Assembly: GCA_023380755.1 (NCBI GenBank)
Contig: JAMCSD010000006.1
Location: forward strand, 316,735-380,734
Length of the DNA stretch: 64,000 nt
Source of the DNA: Patescibacteria group bacterium
GTDB taxonomy: Bacteria; Patescibacteriota; Microgenomatia; UBA12405
Direction of reading: 5' to 3'
The translations under genes were made by a program, and so were the position numbers. The notes beneath the pieces were generated by a model, which did not search any database, was not told the origin of the DNA, and was given only the letters and a program-made list of their open reading frames with translations. Below, piece by piece: positions 61,801 to 64,000 of this stretch (positions within the stretch are counted from its first letter, which is position 1; every line of letters starts with the position of its first letter).

Positions 61801-64000
61801 ATCTGGAAGCCTATTGGAATCTTGATGAGGTGGGTACCACGGCAGTTAATAGTGTCTTGGGGGCCACAAATAATGGCAAAGCTATCGGTACGACTATTAT
61901 TGCCGGCCAAATTAACAATGCCCGCTCTTTTAATGGTACCTCTGACTATATTTCCGGACTTTCTTCGCCCGATAGCACTCTCACTAACTGGACCATGACT
62001 GCCTGGGTCAAACTTAACTCGACCAATCAGGCCGGCCTGATTGCTTATAATGGCAACGATAGTGGAGGATATGGCCTAGCCGTCAGTGGTACGGGCGGTG
62101 CCAATGGTAACACCTATATGGTCTTGCTGGGTGGAGTTAATTGGTATAGCAGCGGCACCACCCTCCCCTCAACTAGCCCCTGGTATTTTTTAGCGATTAC
62201 CCGGGACACCAGTACCATCCGGTTTTATGTTAACGGTTCGGCTTCTCCGAATACTTATATCAATGCTCCCAAAACAATCACCTCGAGTTTATTCTCGATT
62301 GGCGCCGAATACGATACTAATAACAATCCTTACCGTTATTTTAATGGATCCATCGATGATGTCCGTTATTATAATCGTACCCTTTCTTCATCTGAAATTA
62401 GCCAGCTCTATGCTTATGACGGCACTCCGGTGGCGGCTGTCACCGTGGGTAATAATCTAAACATTACCTCAGGTACTATGGTTTCTCCGGCTACCCTGAC
62501 AGTCAATGGTAACTTTAATAATAATGCCACTTTTAACGCTAATTCCGGTACAGTGAACTTAAACGGTGGTAATCAAACCATTACTGGAGCCAGTACCTTT
62601 TACAATTTGACTAAGACCGTCTCTTCCGGCTCCACCCTGACCTTTCCCTCATCGACAACTCAGACTATTACTAATGCCATCACCTTAACTGGTACCAATG
62701 GTAATTTACTTTCCCTGGCCTCTTCCAATCCCGGTACTCAGTGGAACATTGCCCTCCCGGCTAGCCGCACTTTGGACTATCTAGTAGTGGCTGATTCCCG
62801 CAATACCGGTGCCGTCGTTGACCAAACCGGCCTCCACTTAACCAATGGCGGAAATACTACTAATTGGGGCTTTAATAATCCCCCCAGTGCCACAGTGCCT
62901 TCAAGTATTTCCCAAGCTACCGATGGCTCCGGCTTAGTCACCTTTTCTACCCAAGTCTCTGACCCGGATAATAATTCCACTAAAATCAAGGTCGAATATT
63001 CCGATGACGGCGGTTCCACTTGGTATACACCTCACTTAATTTCTGCCACTCCCGATAGTGGCAGTGCTGACCTAAGTTCGGCCGCCTACCAAATTGGTTC
63101 CACCGATGCCATTGATACTAATGGGGGAGCCGTCACTTTATCTTTGGTTTGGGACACTCAATCTGCACTCAACGGTCATGGAGTATTAAGCGGTCTCAAT
63201 AGCACGGTTCGCCTTCGGGTGACTCCCAATGATAATTCTACCGATGGCTCACCAGCCTCGACGACTAACTTTATGGTTGACAACCAAGCACCCTCGGGAC
63301 CCTCTAACCTGGCCTCTTCCACCCATACCTCTTCTGTTTGGTCCAATAACAACCAGATTCATTTTACCTGGACCGCCGCTTCGGATGGCAGCGGCATTGG
63401 TCTTTCTGGTTATGCCTATATCATCGACACCTCACCCACTACCGACCCCACTTCTGTCCCCAATTTGGGCAGTGTTACTACTCTGACTTCGTCTACCCTG
63501 CCGAGTGCCAGTAGTTATTATCTCCACCTTAAGCCTGTCGACAATAATGGCAATTGGGGCAGCCCCGTGGCCTATGGCCCCTTCTTAATTGACACCATTT
63601 CTCCAGCCAACCCCGGTGTCCCGGTCATCGATTCTCCTACTGCATCTAACCAGCCTCCAGTCACCTGGACCGATTCCACCGACACTCTCTCGGGCTTAGC
63701 TGACCCGGCCTACACCTTAGCCTGGACCACTGATCCTGATTTTGTTCTTGGCATTCAAACCACTGGAGTTGGCCTGACCGCCTTTACTCCCACGGCCACC
63801 TTAGCCGATGGTACCTGGTATTTCAAAGTTAGGGCTGCCGACGCTGCCGGTAACACTACCCCCTACACTTCGGCCGCAAGTGTCGTAGTTGACACCACCC
63901 CGCCCACTACTCCCGGTACTCCCGGCACTACCACCCCCACCAATAGCACCACCCAAAGCTGGAACTGGAGTACCTCCACCGATGCCATTACTGCGGTAGT
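58824..64000 (+). CDS. giant secreted repeat protein (beta-helix-like modules, LamG-type lectin domain, Ig/FN3-like modules); 3' end beyond window
   Basis: I read frame 3 codon by codon from the ATG at 58824 to base 63998 without finding a stop (more than 1725 codons). The ORF track omits it because no stop lies in the window. The signal peptide is MTRLFNIFRSSKLLFYLLNFVFTLIIFAHPALA. Confidence 0.85.
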   Translation, partial: MTRLFNIFRSSKLLFYLLNFVFTLIIFAHPALADRTWDGGAGVGDTRWSNPVNWSGDSLPGPSDVAIFDSTSGTKNANIGTSISVKGIQLSAGYSGTINVSAGVSNTIVLGSSGYSQASGAFNANNANIGDSASFNISGGTFTPTSATTTVTNNFTVTNSPTLNAHFGNLTFVGNLSIGVTCGNAIFDAVTLNKSPGVGTINFNSQCNIPISGTNPSSTGLITNNGVISVTGNWNLIGTYTGNVGASLTVTGTGISLPTGLWQGNMTFNSGTVFVANSLTNMVVGGALNNSANVLPNNLDLTFYGSQDGSVTCGNAIFHSVAINKTATGYYFTVGAGCTIPLAGTNPAIGGSLTNNGNVGVTGNLSLTGAYAGNSGAILTTTGTGITVGTDLTINTGTSFPTGLDITFNGNSSGTLTCGNATFNTVTINKSTTASQTISNGCNITIGGTNPSSSTHDVYNHGIINVNGNWTVSTAYVGYGDGVLNMTGDTFNVGWNMTLNSGTSLPSTLKTLTVGGDLNNSGNALPPNLDVTFNTGNSGSVTCGNAAFNSVAISKTTSSSITFNSGCTIPLGGTNPSTTAHDIYNYGTINANGNWTTTTSYTGYSGSSLNLTGSNFAIGYNLVFNSGAGLSAPALTSINVGGDLNNTGNVLPNGLDVVLDHSYGGTTTCGNATFNSVTINRSGSITDTIGAGCIIPLGGTNPSTSGNIVNNGRIDVTGTWSVGGYYTGNSGSILNMTGNSLTTGSDITLNSGSSMPANLNSLTVGGVLNNAANILSDGIDLTLNSNGSVNLTPGSARYNSFTVNKGISSYSITLTSNFSTGNFTLTRGTIANPSSPYILNIAGNFSEDSGTTLGGANLTLNFNGSGTQTLSKTAGTFVSKLNIGSSGTVQLLTTFATSGQTCIVQSGIFDLNGQNFTCGSTFTVQNGGNLRLIGSETVTTPTLNAGSNVLYVGISNGLVDKYTINNWSYSNLTVGMTEPGDELTSQSFGNTNNLEAYWNLDEVGTTAVNSVLGATNNGKAIGTTIIAGQINNARSFNGTSDYISGLSSPDSTLTNWTMTAWVKLNSTNQAGLIAYNGNDSGGYGLAVSGTGGANGNTYMVLLGGVNWYSSGTTLPSTSPWYFLAITRDTSTIRFYVNGSASPNTYINAPKTITSSLFSIGAEYDTNNNPYRYFNGSIDDVRYYNRTLSSSEISQLYAYDGTPVAAVTVGNNLNITSGTMVSPATLTVNGNFNNNATFNANSGTVNLNGGNQTITGASTFYNLTKTVSSGSTLTFPSSTTQTITNAITLTGTNGNLLSLASSNPGTQWNIALPASRTLDYLVVADSRNTGAVVDQTGLHLTNGGNTTNWGFNNPPSATVPSSISQATDGSGLVTFSTQVSDPDNNSTKIKVEYSDDGGSTWYTPHLISATPDSGSADLSSAAYQIGSTDAIDTNGGAVTLSLVWDTQSALNGHGVLSGLNSTVRLRVTPNDNSTDGSPASTTNFMVDNQAPSGPSNLASSTHTSSVWSNNNQIHFTWTAASDGSGIGLSGYAYIIDTSPTTDPTSVPNLGSVTTLTSSTLPSASSYYLHLKPVDNNGNWGSPVAYGPFLIDTISPANPGVPVIDSPTASNQPPVTWTDSTDTLSGLADPAYTLAWTTDPDFVLGIQTTGVGLTAFTPTATLADGTWYFKVRAADAAGNTTPYTSAASVVVDTTPPTTPGTPGTTTPTNSTTQSWNWSTSTDAITAV
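59364..61260 (+). repeat. tandem coding repeats (about 105-131 aa modules) inside the giant ORF
   Basis: The anchor ACCTG(C/T)GG(C/T)AA(T/C)GC (TCGNA-F-x-V-x-I-x-K) recurs at 59364, 59757, 60072, 60447 and 60825, with a degenerate sixth unit near 61195. Each is followed by GC-x-IP-x-GGTNPS and GNW. Confidence 0.8.
61803..62420 (+). other. LamG / concanavalin-A-like lectin domain within the giant ORF
   Basis: It has LEAYWNLDE...NARSFNGTSDYI...NWTMTAWVKLNS...WYFLAITRD...RFYVNG...GSIDDVRYYNRTLSSSEISQLY, the typical Laminin_G_3 pattern. Confidence 0.75.

Noticed and set aside
58882-63486. Listed short ORFs in frame 1 and on the minus strand (for example 58882..59313, 59165..59539, 60257..60559)
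   Set aside because: All lie inside the uninterrupted frame-3 giant ORF and have off-frame, Pro and Leu-rich composition.
1-64000. Alternative genetic code (TGA read as an amino acid, as in some candidate phyla)
   Set aside because: Several clearly homologous genes terminate at TGA at the expected length, for example rplQ and the Crp-family gene. Housekeeping ORFs are uninterrupted under the standard code.
1-64000. CRISPR arrays, integrases, transposases, reverse transcriptases (retron/DGR) and restriction-modification genes
   Set aside because: I saw no regularly spaced short direct repeats and no ORF with the corresponding catalytic motifs in any frame of the track. The only periodic repeats are coding repeats in the giant ORF.

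Overview
The window is a 64-kb bacterial chromosomal segment read with the standard genetic code; TGA acts as a stop and housekeeping ORFs are intact. Gene content and style suggest a small-genome, Gram-positive-type lineage, possibly Candidate Phyla Radiation/Patescibacteria. That placement is inference only, based on a roughly 285-nt RNase P RNA, many anchored surface proteins, an RRM protein and sparse metabolism.

The backbone is housekeeping: rpsD-rpoA-rplQ-rplM-rpsI, ppa, recA-recX, rny, hup, ychF, miaA, secD-secF, cca, prs, recJ, aspS, gltX, trmD and pepF. There are also tRNA-Pro(GGG), tRNA-Gln(CUG) and an RNase P RNA, none of which appear in the ORF track.

Accessory and orphan blocks sit between these genes:
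- **17.9-21.0 kb:** a GC-rich island with three tandem paralogs of an unassigned Cys/His-motif family, bracketed by exact 26-nt direct repeats.
- **25.8-27.8 kb:** a GC-rich three-gene envelope cassette.
- **45.7-54.3 kb:** a cell-envelope operon.
- **58,824 to the window end:** a giant repeat-rich surface protein that never reaches a stop, so the ORF track omits it.

The strongest finding is in the envelope operon. Its 1638-aa thioester alpha-2-macroglobulin carries a 128-aa intein-like Hint domain exactly where the protease bait region should be. The residue after the terminal HN is Asp, which argues against a classical intein.

Other observations:
- Leaderless-type promoters are pervasive, with a -10 box (often the extended TGnTAnAAT form) 5-9 nt upstream of the ATG.
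- A perfect TGTGA-N6-TCACA site lies between a Crp-family gene and two unlisted KGG-motif micro-ORFs.
- The miaA P-loop lies upstream of any canonical start codon.

No CRISPR array, integrase, transposase or reverse transcriptase was seen. All family assignments come from motif recognition by eye and need profile searches.
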